DNA from: Octopus sinensis
Taxonomy: Eukaryota
NCBI RefSeq assembly: GCF_006345805.1
Contig: NC_043003.1
Location: 116,870,001-116,934,000 of the forward strand
Direction of reading: 5' to 3'
DNA: 64,000 nucleotides
Below the pieces are notes generated by a model. That model did not search any database and had not been told where the DNA came from. It saw only the letters and a program-made list of their open reading frames with translations. Shown here piece by piece: positions 50,445-64,000 of the stretch (the stretch's first letter is position 1; each line of letters starts with the position of its first letter). The position numbers and the translations under genes are program-made.

Positions 50445-50792
50445 GAATGTATGTAGCTGTATGTCTATTTATACATACACACCCGCGCGCGTATATGCGT
50501 ACGGTTATGTATGCATTTACGTGTATGTCTATATACTCATAAATAGGCGTCGTACACCAATTTTATGATATCTGGTTTTTCATGTTTCATACCTGTCGGA
50601 TCTCACCTTCCCTCATTATGATTTCGACAAATGTTTTCATTAATTATTTCTTTCACGGTTTGTTTCTCTCCTTGTATTTAATTTTACGTTTGTTTATATA
50701 TTTATTTATATATACTTCATCCTAATATTTGTATTATCTGATTTAACCTCTTGTTTGCAACTCCTGCAAACATACACAGCCATCCACCCACG

Positions 50793-50843
<51 letters not shown>

Positions 50844-50901
50844 TTAAATATATACGTGCGTGTGTGAATGTATGTATTTGTGTATGTATGCATATATATA
50901 C

Positions 50902-50950
<49 letters not shown>

Positions 50951-50952
50951 AT

Positions 50953-50986
<34 letters not shown>

Positions 50987-52099
50987 ACAACAGAGTGATT
51001 GTGTATGAGTATTTGTCTGTGTGTGTGTATGTGTGTGTGTGTGTGTGCGTGTGCGTGTGTGGTCCTATTATTACATTTTCGTATTTAATACTTCCAATCT
51101 ATTGTCACGCAGAGATTGCAAAAGCGATAGTAAAAACAACTACAATACTATTTCCCATCTCACAGATAGGCATCAACAATTGCATTAAACCCAATGAAAC
51201 AAACGAAAAACATGAATAATAAAAAACCCATCCACATCGCCACCATCTTTAATATCATCGAAAATATCAACAGATATAATAATACTAGAAGATATTACTA
51301 GCGAAACATAAAACTATTAAATTTCATGAACAGATGGTAGAGAAGTTGCTTCCGAGGTGATGATGCGGTACAGAAAATAATTTTATCACGGCTAGAATAT
51401 ATAGATTTATTTTATCGTTTTTGATAAATAATGCAGTATTTATAAAATATTTTCGTCGTTTATCACATTAGTGAGAAACAAAAGATGTTATAATTTTGAT
51501 TGTTATTCTGATTATCAATTTCCAATAGCTTAATGGCTGTTTCTAGTGAACCCTCAGGTTCATTTTGTCGTAGCTGTGTGCAGCCCTTGATTTGGTGCAT
51601 GTAAGATGTGTTTGTATAAAACATCTTTCTTTGGCTGCTTCTCTTCTTTCTTGGTCTTCTGTTTTACTTTTCTGTTTTTCTGTTTTTCATTTCTGTAGAA
51701 TTCGTGTTGCGATTGATTTCTGTTGTTTTATTGGATGGTGATTGCGATTCGATTTGTTGTGTGAGTTCTGTTTTATGATCATTGCAGGGATCTGTTGAAA
51801 AGACATAATCGCTTGTGACCCCGACGAAATGTGTTACGGTAATTACCTACGGATCTTGCTGACTTGAAATCCTACGAAAACCGTTTCTGTCTTCGTTGTC
51901 ACTAAATACAGAACCAGTCAAATAATGAAATCTTGTATATTTATCCTTCATTTCTCCAAAGATCTGGCCTTGTATGTATACTTAATTGTGAAAACCTACT
52001 TCTTCCTACCACAGATTTTCTGACTACGAAAACTCACCTTTCGAGGAAAATACTTTTGAGAAGCTGCTTACGATATTCTTGTGAAAAGAAATCCCAAAG

Positions 52100-52880
52100 C
52101 AATAGAAAACGAAAGATGCTGCTCAGATGAGGCCTGAAGGCATCGAACAGACACACTTTCACATTTCTGGCACCAGCATAATCACAAACGTCTCCATCAC
52201 GAAAAACATCCAATAGACATTACAAACGAACAGACAACACGGTCCGTGAAATGCGGCCCCAATCACTTTCGGCAATTAGCATCAACAACTACACTGTCAC
52301 AGATGCAAACAACAATGTCACATTATAAACCGACAGAGAGACATTATTCACAACGAACACATCACAACCACAAATCAGAAATATTTTTAAAAAATCAAGA
52401 TAACGGCAAAATCAAAACGCTCCAAGAGTTTGTCACAGGGACTATAAATATTGTAAGAAACATCTTTGATTAACCGAAAAGACGGAACAGCTGTCTTTTC
52501 CACAGAAATAAGTGGTTCTTCTTGTTTCCCTCTCGCTTGTCAAACATATAAAGGAGGTGTGAATGCACGTGGCCTGGGGTCACCTTGAAAGCAAAACTAC
52601 CTCATCAATGACCTGTGGTCACTCGATATCGATGTGATGCCTATCAGCTAGAATTTCCGAATCAGTGACTAGCGTGTCCATTTACGGCAGCTACGGGTTG
52701 TATGCATGTCCAAAATAGACAGGAATGGTTGGTGGATTAGCTGTGTCGCTTCGGAAAGGACTGCATATTTTGATACTACTCGGATTCCAGCACCCATAAC
52801 GCAAATCAATGGTGTTGAACGTATTATTTCCGGGTTATATAAAAAGAGTAAACGCCAACTTCTCCGACTGCCCATTCCCC
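52100..52880 (+). mobile_element. Old Tx1/L1 relic: ORF1 knuckle remnant and start of APE endonuclease
   Basis: LHCHRCKQQCHII (decayed CCHC); GGVNARGLGSP*KQNYLINDLWSLDIDV and GGLAVSLRKGL match ORF2 N-terminus GCVNARGLASAWKQGYLLNDIKSLNVDI / GGTAVLFRKSL. Confidence 0.65.
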
Positions 52881-53239
52881 ATTTCTTGTTCTATACCATT
52901 TCAGACCGCTGTGACTATGTTAACACTCATTATATTCACGGAAAAATGGAAACGGTTTAGTGAAGGCTTTTCAATGCCTGATTCCCGGTCACAATGCCAT
53001 GTATTGCATAAGAGTGTCGATAAATTAAATAATAGTGAATTACTGGGATCGATATCATTGATTGTATCGCTTGTCGTAAACTCATCCCCTTCTGCTTATA
53101 TCAGTTACCATTATGATTCCTTATTATTAAAAGAGAAAAAAAAAAGGCAAACAGTCTATTTCGATGGAATTGGCGATAATGAAATCGACTTTTCATTGTT
53201 ATTAAGTCGTTGTGTTGTTACCGTTGCATTCTTAGAATA

Positions 53240-53429
53240 CATCACCGTCACCATCTTCATCACCATCAAAACCATCATCACCATCATCACCTCCTCCTCA
53301 TCCTACTCATCCTCCTCATCATCATCACTTTCATTACCATCATCAACATTATCACTATCATGCCCCTCCACATCATCATCATCATCATCATTATTATTAT
53401 TATTATTATATTATTATTATTATTATTAT

Positions 53430-53492
<63 letters not shown>

Positions 53493-53625
53493 CGGCGGTG
53501 GTGGTGGTTGTGGTAGTCGTGGTCGTCGTTGTCGTCATCGTCGTCGTCGTCATCGTCGTCGTCGTTGTCGTCGTCGTCGTCGTCGTCGTAGTAGTAGTAG
53601 TAGTAGTTTGTATCATCGTTTCCTT
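53240..53625. repeat. Trinucleotide array series (CAT/CCT/ATT/AGT/GGT/CGT)
   Basis: Direct inspection. Confidence 0.9.
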
Positions 53626-54655
53626 GCTAAATGTTTTCGGCAGACTCAATGGCCGCAACCGTAACCATAGAGGGGGAACCGAAGCTACTGGATTCGGAAT
53701 GATAACTGAATTGGATAAATGTATAAAGTGGTTGATGAGAGAGAGAGAGAGAGGAAATAACATGTTCCCTTATCAAATCGATAATCACAAGCTGATCCGA
53801 AAGCAGACGCCCACGTCCACCGCGTTGTTAATGTAGTCTTTGTTGTAGAAGGTACCGAGAGCCTGATCAGTATGGCCATCAACATTCTCGCCCTCACAGA
53901 TAGAAACATCGCTTTAATAATCACACCACTATCTTCTTGATCGGCGTTATTGTCACCAGCAACATGAAGATCGTTATAACAATCGCATTGGAGCCGTTGA
54001 TGTTGCTATGTTTCTTGGATCAGAACTAACGGAAGCTAAGCAACAGCTTCAACTGCTGGTAAATATTTTATTAACTTTCGAAGACAAAAAAATCTGTGAA
54101 TATCACATAGCAATTTGTCAGCGAATCAAGCAATAATAATTTGCGAAGTTGTCAAAATAATGTACGAAAATATATAGAAACCGTCATTATTGTTATAAGC
54201 TTACAATTGTCTCTCAAAGAGGGTGCCGCGAAGAGAAATAATTCGTTACGAAGAGGTTTTAAAACCAGTAACACAATATTCATTTCATTCTGCGCAAAGG
54301 ACCCTTAAAAACAAATGAGTAACAGGAAACAGAATAAAGACTCTCAATAACTCCGCAGATTTCACTTTCCGATCTCTGTGACTGGAAACAGGCGAGAGCC
54401 ACAAGCGTGAAATGGCGTTGGTTATCGATATTCTGTGAAGTTGTTAAATTCATGACTTTCTCATTACTTCTAAACGTTTATATTTGAGAGGTGCTTAAAA
54501 CAATACACTTGAACAACATAAACGAAAAGGAAAATGGTGAATAATCTGAAATGTGTGTATGTTTCAGTGTATATGTATCTATACACGCGCACACACACAC
54601 GCAAAAACACGCACGCATACATATATATAAACGTACGTACATATGTATGTGTGTA

Positions 54656-54696
54656 GAGATAGATAGACAGATAGACAGACAGACAGACAGATAGAC

Positions 54697-54727
<31 letters not shown>

Positions 54728-54737
54728 AAGACAGATG

Positions 54738-54773
<36 letters not shown>

Positions 54774-54774
54774 T

Positions 54775-54827
<53 letters not shown>

Positions 54828-54828
54828 G

Positions 54829-54900
<72 letters not shown>

Positions 54901-54901
54901 G

Positions 54902-54979
<78 letters not shown>
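54656..54979. repeat. (GATA)n/(GACA)n tract at the 3' end of the Tx1 element
   Basis: Direct inspection. Confidence 0.95.
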
Positions 54980-54980
<1 letters not shown>

Positions 54981-55270
54981 CTTTTTATTGTAGCCACACA
55001 GGGCTAAACAGAATAAAAATGGACGAAATACAATGTAGAATTTTTTCTTTTCGAGGTGGGATGGGTGGGGCACAAAAAAAAACACGTTTGATCAATAGAG
55101 ATCTGTGGGTTGTGTGGTGTATAAAAAGGCAATATATATATATATATATAAGGTTCACAGTTTAGGTGTAGCCTTGGAAAGAAAAACCTACAAAAAAGAC
55201 CAAGGTCACCTCAGACAATTCGAAAAAGAACACATGAGTAAGTCGCCTTACTTCTCGTTGTCTCTTTTGG

Positions 55271-58200
55271 TTACAGATTTATGCTTAAAATAGTGTCGTC
55301 TTTCATACTGACCATTTTTGCCACTTTTACCCACTTTTTATTAAAACATTCGTTCGACAAAGCATTCCTCTCTATTCTCATCCTCCTTTTCAAGTGGTAC
55401 TTGAAAAAGTTGACGAGAGACTGACCAGAGAGGAAGGTGTTTGTTTGCAGTCCTTTCAAACGCGTCCACCACACACATTCTTTCGCCATAGCCATCAGCG
55501 TAACGAAAACCGTTTTCCCTTCCCGTTTAAAGGAAGGTGGTGGAACAATATCCAAGACAGACTCGGCCGATAGGCGAGCCCGACCTACACATGACAACAT
55601 CTGTTCGACGAAGGACCACAGCTCTGAAATATCTGGACACTGCACGAGTGCGTGCAGAACGGTTTCGTCGCTCTGACCGCATCTCGGGCAGGTCGGTCCG
55701 GTGATGGTTTTCGAACCGTGTCTGTAGCTCTTCTCTCGAACAGGTAGTGCGTCTCGATAGCACTGCCAAGCCAGGGATTTCTGGAAGTTATCCATAGGCC
55801 CCGGCCCGAACGTCGTCCTGAACAGGCGGGTTAGGAATTCCTCGTCGACGCCCAGGTTTGCCCCGAGTGTGTCGTCGGACCTCCCCTCCACTAGTCCTCT
55901 ATAGAACGCTTTAGTCGTTTGTAAGTTGCACAAACAAAGACCCAAACAAGGGGAATTTTATAGATAATTTCAGTCGGCGGAGCTGCTGTAGAGCTTGGCG
56001 ACACACTCAGTGCCAATCGCCCAGTTTCGGTCTCTTTTTGATCCACGTTTGCAGTTCGGTCAGTGAGACGAGCTGCGGGAAGTCGCGCCTCACAAACGGC
56101 GCCCACACCTGTTCACCGTCATCGATGAATTTCCAGAGATGTCGCAGTCTCAGCGCATGCCTGCGCATCATCAACCACGGCATGTCCAGTCCTCCATTCA
56201 ACGGATGTTGACAGCAAATGGACTTCCTCACCATCGGAACGCCACCCTTCCACAGGAAGCGGAAGAGTATGCGTTCCAGTTTGGTGATGGTGGCGTCGGG
56301 ACAAGGTACGACGGTCAGGCGGTAATCGATGACGGATGCGATGTACGCGTTCGCCACCTCCGCCCGGCCTTTTAGAGACATCTTTCTCTCGGCCCATGTT
56401 TGGCTGAGAGCGACCACTCTATTCGTGATCTCGTCCCAGTTCTTATCCATTTGGAGGTCCGGACTGAACCAGACCCCGAGCAATTTAACCGGTCCGTCCG
56501 TCCAGCGTCCCACTACTGAGCCGCAGTCGGACGGCATGGGCTTACTTCTCCAGGTGCCGAGTAGCAAACCCACTGACTTTACCGGGTTAATCTTTGCTCC
56601 CGTCACCGTTTCGTATTTTCTTAGTGTCTCGCCAATCATCTTGATGTGTTTGTCGCTCGACACTATGACGGTGACATCGTCCGCATATGCCGACACGCTC
56701 GTCCCGCAACCCAGTTCCCGTGGGATGCCCCTCAGTGTCGCCAGCTTCCGCAGTAGCGGCTCGAGAGTCAATACATACAGAAGCGCCGACAGGGGACACC
56801 CCTGACGGACCGAACGCGTGATGTCAAACGGTTTCGACAGGTGACCGTTCACCCGAATCACCGATCGGATGCCGCTATACAAGGCAGCGATCCAACCGCG
56901 GAAGACGGGACCGAAGCCAACCGCCCTGAGGACGGCCGCCAAGTACCGATGGTCGACCCTATCGAAGGCTTTAGACTGATCCAAATTTATCAGCGCCCCA
57001 CCCATGCCAGGATCCTTAACTACCCTGTCCACAATGTAGCGCATCAGATGGAGGTTGTCATGTATGGTTCTGCCCGGCACGGCGCATGTTTGCGCCCTGT
57101 CGTCCAGTTTACCAATGACAAGCGCCAACCTCTCGGCTATTACTTTGGCCAAAATTTTCAAATCTGCGTTGAGCAGAGTGATGGGCCTGAAATTATCTAT
57201 AAAATTCCCCTTGTTTGGGTCTTTCTTCAGCAACGTTACTGCACCTCGGCTCACGAAACCGGGGATTCTCCCGTTTTGTTGCCAGTTGCAGTAGACTGAT
57301 GCCAAGAGGTCGCCAAACAAGTCTGGCATTTGACAATACAGCTCGTAGGGTAAACCATCCAATCCAGGCGACTTATCCCTCGCGCAGCCCGCCATCGCAA
57401 CCCACACGTCAGCGGCTGTGATGGGACTTTCACAACACTCCGCTTCTCTTGCGAGAGCCGCGGCAGGTCGGTCAGGTAGGCACTGAAATCCATCCCGCGT
57501 TCCGACCTACCACTCGCACCAAACAGTCGAGCAAAGTGCTGTTGAAAGGCCTCACACATCCTTTCGGGTTCGAGTAAACTGCATCCCTGTTGATCTATTA
57601 GAGACCGAATAGTGGCTCTGTTGCCACGCTGCGCCTCCGCTACCCGGGCCTCTCGCGCAGCTTCGATCCCTTCGTTCCTTAAGGCACGCATTTTAGCTCT
57701 GACGACGCAACCTTCGTGCTTGGCGTTGAGGTGTTGGTCGAGGGCCATCCTCGCAGCCAGCACTTTGGTTGCGCTGCCAGTGGTAAGTGCCTCTTCTAGT
57801 TTCTTAACTAAGTCTCCCTCTACTCTATTTCGTTCTATCGCTAATTCCTTGCTAAACCTAATTGATTCCGATTTTATTGCCATTTTCAGGGCGTACCACC
57901 AGCGGTTGTTAACGACGGCTCCCGTCAGCGCCCTCTTAATTAATTCGCTAATCCGGTTCCTGTAAACCTGTCGCGCTAACAGCGACGTGTTCAGTTTCCA
58001 GTAACCGGGACCCTGCCTATGTGTTTTATCTAAGTCGAGCGTACACGTAACAAATTTGTGATCTGTGTAGCTGACTATTTTAAATTGTGGACATCCTACA
58101 CTATCCCTATCCGCTGTCCTGCATAGAATTCTATCTAGATAAGATCTCGACGATCCGACGCGTTTGTCCAAGTCCACGTTGGCACGTTCGGATGGTCGAG

Positions 58201-58746
58201 TCGGAACCTGTCAGACAAATGGAAACGTCTGAGCAGGTCTTTGAGGCTCTTACACCCCCTTCTATTCCTATCCCTTCCCACATAATCTAGATGCGTGTCC
58301 AAGGTAGCGTTCCAATCCCCTACTAACAGTAAAGGTCTAGACGTACCCAGGAAAACCTCTAGACGTCTGAAGAAATCCGCCCGACCCGTTAAGGACGGTG
58401 CATAAATTGCTATCAGACGGAATGCACACCCATTTCTGCCATCCACGTCCAAGACAACCAGCCTACCCTCCGGGTCTAGGAATATTGCTCTTATTTTTAC
58501 ATTTAGACTCTTTCGGAAAAGCACCGCAGTACCTCCACCACCCATGTTCGGCAGACAGGGAGAAAAATAAATGTCAAATTGATTGCCAAACATGGACTCG
58601 AGGGCCCGCGGCTTACTGAGTCTGGTTTCACTGATAGATACTATATCCACATTCAGTGACTTGATGTCGTTTAGAAGGTAACCTTGCTTCCAAGCCGACG
58701 CCAAGCCACGCGCATTCACACAACCTAATTTAAGCATACTTGACAT
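55271..58746 (-). pseudogene. Tx1/L1 ORF2: APE endonuclease + reverse transcriptase + zinc finger
   Basis: APE (NARGL, SETR, LLVGDWN, TDHK); RT (KSPGLDGLPYELY, FRPITLLNAD, LDQSKAFDRVDH, VRQGCPLS, YADD); CPRCGQSDETVLHALVQC. Frameshifts near 58160 and 57440, stop at 56007, 38-bp insertion at 55936-55973. Confidence 0.92.
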
Positions 58747-58803
58747 TTACGAAAATTGTGTTTTACACACTACATTAGAAGAGACAAGAGGCAAGAGGGG
58801 AGG

Positions 58804-60653
58804 TCACTTACTCATTTTAAAAGTTTCATTTTTTTCTTCTTCTTTTGTATTGTTTTTGATGAGGTGTTTGTATAGTTTTTTCGACAGGTATCGTTGAAAC
58901 CCACCTACCGCATTCGGAAATATTATTGTTTTCAGTATGTGGTGTTGTGCTTGTCTTATGTGTAAAATTCTGATGTGTTTCGGTGGAGTGGTGTGCGGAT
59001 GATTGTTTGTCTTAAAGTCATCTTCACAGATGACCGTGCTGGATGTGATGTAGTCCATTAATTCTTTATTGTCTGTGTCTATTGCAGTTAGTTGTGTGTG
59101 TGGTTTTACGGTTTCATTGCTTTTTTGATTGTCTAGGGGGATGTTGCCCGGAGTTAGATATCTCCCTGCTTTACTTCCTTGTTTGGTGGATTTTTGGGAT
59201 CTTTTCCTTTTACCCCCTGTGGCTATTTGCCATTCCGTCGAACTTTCGTCGTCCGACGTATCAGTAGAAGGTAAACGCAAAGCATTTGCATTACTATGTA
59301 TGCTTGTAAAAATTGTTGATGTTTTGTGCGGTGTTTGTGTTGTTGTGGTCTTAGGGGTAGAATTTGTCTTCTCGTCACTGTTTTCTGTCTTTTTAATTGT
59401 CGTCCTGGGTGTGGGTATTGGTCTATTTTTTGTTGATTCAACATGTTTAATTTGTTGTGACGTCAACGGTGATTGTGTTGGTACTGTTTCTCTTCTTGGT
59501 GATGTTGTTGGGGTTTGTTTGCTGGTTTGTTGTTTTTCTTGGTATTGTTCCATAATTGAGTGTGTTGGTGTTGGTGTTGGCAACAAGGGTTTTTTATTTG
59601 TTTTCTGATTTGTTCTTTCTTGTTTTTTCTGTACCAGAGCGCACTTGGCAATTGAATGTTCGGGGCTGCCACAGTTGTAGCATCTAGGCTTTTTGCCTTC
59701 TGCTACAACATATAGGCATTGCCCATTTTCCAAGTGGATCTTATCCGGTAGGCTCTCGATAGATGCCCCCTCAATCTGTATGGTCACCACTATTGTCTTC
59801 CCACCCCAAATGTCGCCAAGGTACACGGCAGTTTCCAAAATGTTGATATTTTTTAAATGGTAACAGATTGCCCCTGTTATCCATTTGTTAGGAATCTCGG
59901 GAGGTACATTTTTAATAGTGATTCGACTCACTCTCTGGTTTTTATAGTATGGGACCATGATGATTTCATCATTTCCCAGAGACTCAGTAGAGTGAGCTTT
60001 TGCCACTTCCTGGTTAGGGAAGTGGACCACTACTGTGTTATACTGGGGACCCCAGTTTATATATTCTTTTTCTTTCATTATGTTTTTTAAGCATTTTTCT
60101 ACATCCGTTTTTGTAATCTGTTCATTTAGTTTTTTGTTTTTTCTTATAAGTTTATAAATAATTGTCTTATTTTCTATTTCTTGCTTTATGTGTTGAGGTG
60201 TATGCAGCACTAAATCTTGTCCACGGGTTGTAAAGAGAGCTCTTGTTTCTATGAGCTCTTCATTTGTAAATGTTACAATCTCCTTCTTCTGGCGAAGAGT
60301 GTCAGCGAAATTTACTGGTGTTGTTGATTTTTTGTATTAACATCTTCACTATTAGATAGTTCATTTTTATTGTTGTTCTTGTTGTTGCTGTTGTTTTTGT
60401 CAATAGTTTTCGTGTGAGTTTTATTTTTATCATTTATGTTGGTCGTGGTAGTGGTGGTGGTGGTGGTGGTGGAGGTGGTGGCGCTAGCAGTAGTAGTCGC
60501 GTGGTTGCTGTTGTTAGTGGTGGTGGTGGTGGTGACAGGGCTGTTACCGCACGTGGTTGCAGCGTTCATTCCACCGATATTCATGTTTGCACTTTGCGTG
60601 CGTACGTTCTTTTTTTCTCCTAGCGTTTCCAAACTAGGAAAATGCTGGTCCAT
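58804..60653 (-). pseudogene. Tx1/L1 ORF1 (nucleic-acid-binding, CCHC knuckle), one frameshift near 60320
   Basis: ORF 60312-60653 continues after a shift (PVNFADTLRQKK...) into 58804-60210; CYNCGSPEHSIAKC knuckle; T/N/K-rich linkers. Confidence 0.85.
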
Positions 60654-60901
60654 AAAAGAACGCGACTAGCGTTCTACAATAAAATTTCTCGACATTTTCT
60701 AATGTCGAGAAGAAAATTACAGAAATGAAATGGGGTTGAATCTGCCCCTAGGGGCGAATTCCTCCCTTGGAAAAGCACTCAAACGAAAGTTGGGTGCCTT
60801 ACACACCTTATTTACAAAAATGTACACAAAAATTGGGCTATAAATAGTCAAAATAAACGATTACCTTCGGAGCCGAAGTGACAGCACGTCCGTAGATAGA
60901 G

Positions 60902-60933
<32 letters not shown>

Positions 60934-60939
60934 CGATAA

Positions 60940-60974
<35 letters not shown>

Positions 60975-61278
60975 AGAGAGAGATAGATGAGTCACATAGA
61001 GTACTACACACAACAACCCACACGTACATAGAGCGAGCTTTCATACATATACACACGCTGAAGAAATTTGATTGTTTCTTAAACAAAATGGCTAAAAGCT
61101 GAGGAAGAGATTGAGATAACAAGATAACTTGTTTCCTTAATAAATTATGCCTAAGGATTTAACAAATTTACCGATCCGTAAACACATTCTGAAAAGTGTA
61201 ACGCATTTAGACTGGTTACAAGAAAGAAAATGGTCATCTGCTACAAACAAATTTTTATTAAAAATTTACTATAAACAA

Positions 61279-61655
61279 TGTAGCTTGCTAACCAACAACA
61301 TGGTTCCTGGTTCAGTCCCACTGCGTGGCATCTTGGGCAAGTGTCTTCTGCTATAGCCCCGGGCCGACCAATGCCTTGTGAGTGGATTTGGGAGACGGAA
61401 ACTGAAAGAAGCCTGTCGTATATATGTATATATATATATATGTGTGTGTGTTTGTGTGTCTGTGTTTGTCCCCCTAGCATTGCTTGACAACCGATGCTGG
61501 TGTGTTTACGTCCCCGTCACTTAGCGGTTCGGCAAAAGAGACCGATAGAATAAGTACTGGGCTTACAAAGAATAAGTCCCGGGGTCGATTTGCACGACTA
61601 AAGGCAGTGCTCCAGCATGGCCGCAGTCAAATGACTGAAACAAGTAAAAAGAAAA
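61279..61655 (+). mobile_element. SINE family B, slightly 5'-truncated
   Basis: Near-identical to 27220-27620. Confidence 0.9.
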
Positions 61656-62544
61656 AGAAAAAAAACAAATATTTAGATAAAGGGAAACAAACACAACAAA
61701 TTTCGAACAAGGCAGCGCTCTCTGTGATCGGAACAATTAAATTGTTAGTGGTGTCCATGTATAATCCCTAAAAAGGAGAGAATTTTACTTGGCCCCGTTG
61801 CTATTTGAACTTTTACATTAACTAAACGCAACTGCGATCTCTTATTCAATATTCCCCATATGTGATCGACTCCTTCATCTACCGCGTTTCTTTAGGCGAT
61901 AAAAAATAATGATTTCTAAACTTCTTCTAAGAATGGTTTCAAATTTTGAAGGAATGCAATTTCAGAACGAGTTGTAAGACAGTTATATCGATCCCAGAGT
62001 CAAGTGGAACTTATGTTGTCGATCCCACACTCAAATGATACTTATGTTCTTGACACCGAAAGGATGAAAAGGAAGGCAACCTCGGAAGTCTTGTTATAAT
62101 AATCCCTTCTAATTGTGGGCATGAATTGGTGCTGAGGCGGCTAACTGATCGGATTTATGAGGTTTTAGCGATACTGGAAAGACGAAAGGTAAATATGACC
62201 GCGTCAAAATAAAAATTCCCAACTCCAAGGTCTGGAACAAATGTTTCTTGGCATTTTGTCCCCCGACACTCTAACGAGTTTTCCAATCCGCTACCCAGAT
62301 CACTGGAACAATAATAGCAATAAAATGGTAATTCTTCCCAATGATGAGACAGGACCATTTGTTCCATTAATATCTACTAAAAAATTAATCATAATTACTT
62401 TTACTCATAGTAATTGCTCATAAGCAATAGAAACGGGTGATAGTCGTTTCCTCTGAAACGAATATCATCTACTTTAGTCACAAATACATCGATGCTACCA
62501 AAATAACGTCACCACCAATAAAAAAAATATATCGTCACTACCTC

Positions 62545-62660
62545 CACCATGTTCATCATCATCATCATCATCATCTTTGTCATCATCGTCGTCGTCGTCG
62601 TCATCATCATCATCATCATCATCATCATCGTCGTCATCATCATCACCATCATCGTCATCG

Positions 62661-62709
<49 letters not shown>

Positions 62710-62850
62710 TGTCGTCGTCGTCGTCGTCGTCATCATCGTTCACAACGTCTTCCTCATCGCTGTTGACTCCTAATCTTTCGTAACTTCATCCTATATTAAC
62801 ATAATGGTTGATTTAAACCAGTTCCTAGAAACAGCTGAAATCGTCATCAG

Positions 62851-62899
<49 letters not shown>

Positions 62900-63427
62900 G
62901 TCATCAACAACACTATGATAATTATAGACGTCGTTGCCTCCCTTACCGCTGCCAACCATCAACACAAAGACCAAAAACACCAGAAACATATAATCATCAT
63001 CAGCACCATTTCTAAACATCACCACCACCACCATAACCATCATCATCATCATCATCATCACAAGTATCATTATCGCCACCACCGCTTCCACCGTCGTCGT
63101 CGTAGACCCTATAAATTACCAAATCATAGACATCGGGATGATATAAACCAGCAGTAAAGATAGCCATCGTTTCTGCTTTCAATGTAATTATCATATGTAT
63201 AGACGTAGTTATCATAACTGCTGCACACCATATCTAACTTTAAAATACATCATCGTCGTCATCATCATCATCATTCTCATTACCATGACAATGATCGCCA
63301 TTACTATCGTCGTTGCTATGATCATAATCACCATCATCATCAGCAACAATAAATTCAGTTTTATTGTTGTCATCATCATCATCATCATGAAACACCTCGT
63401 GTCATATTCATTAATATTATTATTATT

Positions 63428-63486
<59 letters not shown>

Positions 63487-63563
63487 CATTATTATTATTA
63501 TTATTATTATTATTAATAATAATATCATTATTATTATTATTATTATCATTATTATTATTATTA

Positions 63564-63594
<31 letters not shown>

Positions 63595-63596
63595 CA

Positions 63597-63671
<75 letters not shown>

Positions 63672-63763
63672 TCATTATTATTTATTATTATTATTATTAT
63701 TTTATTATTATTATCATTATTATATTATTATTATCATTATTATTATTATTATTATTATTATCA

Positions 63764-63794
<31 letters not shown>

Positions 63795-63798
63795 CATC

Positions 63799-63833
<35 letters not shown>

Positions 63834-63851
63834 TTATTATTAATAATAATA

Positions 63852-63889
<38 letters not shown>

Positions 63890-63944
63890 AATAATATCAT
63901 TATTATTATTATTATTATCATTATTATTATTATTATTATTATCA

Positions 63945-63985
<41 letters not shown>

Positions 63986-64000
63986 AATATTATTATTATT
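62545..64000. repeat. (CAT)n/(CGT)n then long (ATT)n arrays
   Basis: Direct inspection; the source of the poly-H/D/I/L/N ORFs. Confidence 0.95.

Larger units (their letters stand above)
54980..60892 (-). mobile_element. Full-length L1/Tx1-clade non-LTR retrotransposon, disabled
   Basis: 5' UTR, gag-like ORF1, APE-RT-CCHC ORF2, 3' UTR ending CAATAAAAAGT; GATA/TATC repeats on both flanks. Confidence 0.92.

Noticed and set aside
52124-52150. CAGATGA-GGCC-TGAA-GGC hammerhead-like motif
   Set aside because: Core and GAAA both broken, and it lies within a Tx1 ORF1 coding relic.

Overview
AT-rich, microsatellite-dense animal genomic DNA. It is most likely a coleoid cephalopod (Octopus-like), inferred from the SINE families and repeat landscape rather than from a database match. 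I find no supportable host protein-coding exon; almost every long ORF is a microsatellite artefact or a transposon fragment. The window contains a ~5.9-kb full-length but disabled L1/Tx1-clade retrotransposon (minus strand, 54980-60892) inside a (GATA)n tract. It also holds fragments of RTE, CR1 and RLE-type (R4/Dong-like) LINEs, several tRNA-derived SINE families, non-autonomous Helitrons, two MITE families and a 100-N gap. Most notable: (1) a tRNA-headed SINE-like element ending in a minimal type-I hammerhead ribozyme, plus other hammerhead motifs; (2) LINE/SINE shared 3' tails, including an unusual Tx1-like/SINE match; (3) each microsatellite class appears occupied by a different retroelement clade; (4) a TSD-bounded RTE insertion carrying ~69% GC foreign DNA; (5) a twin-priming-type RTE inversion; (6) two fold-back palindromes. 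All alignments and folds were done by eye.
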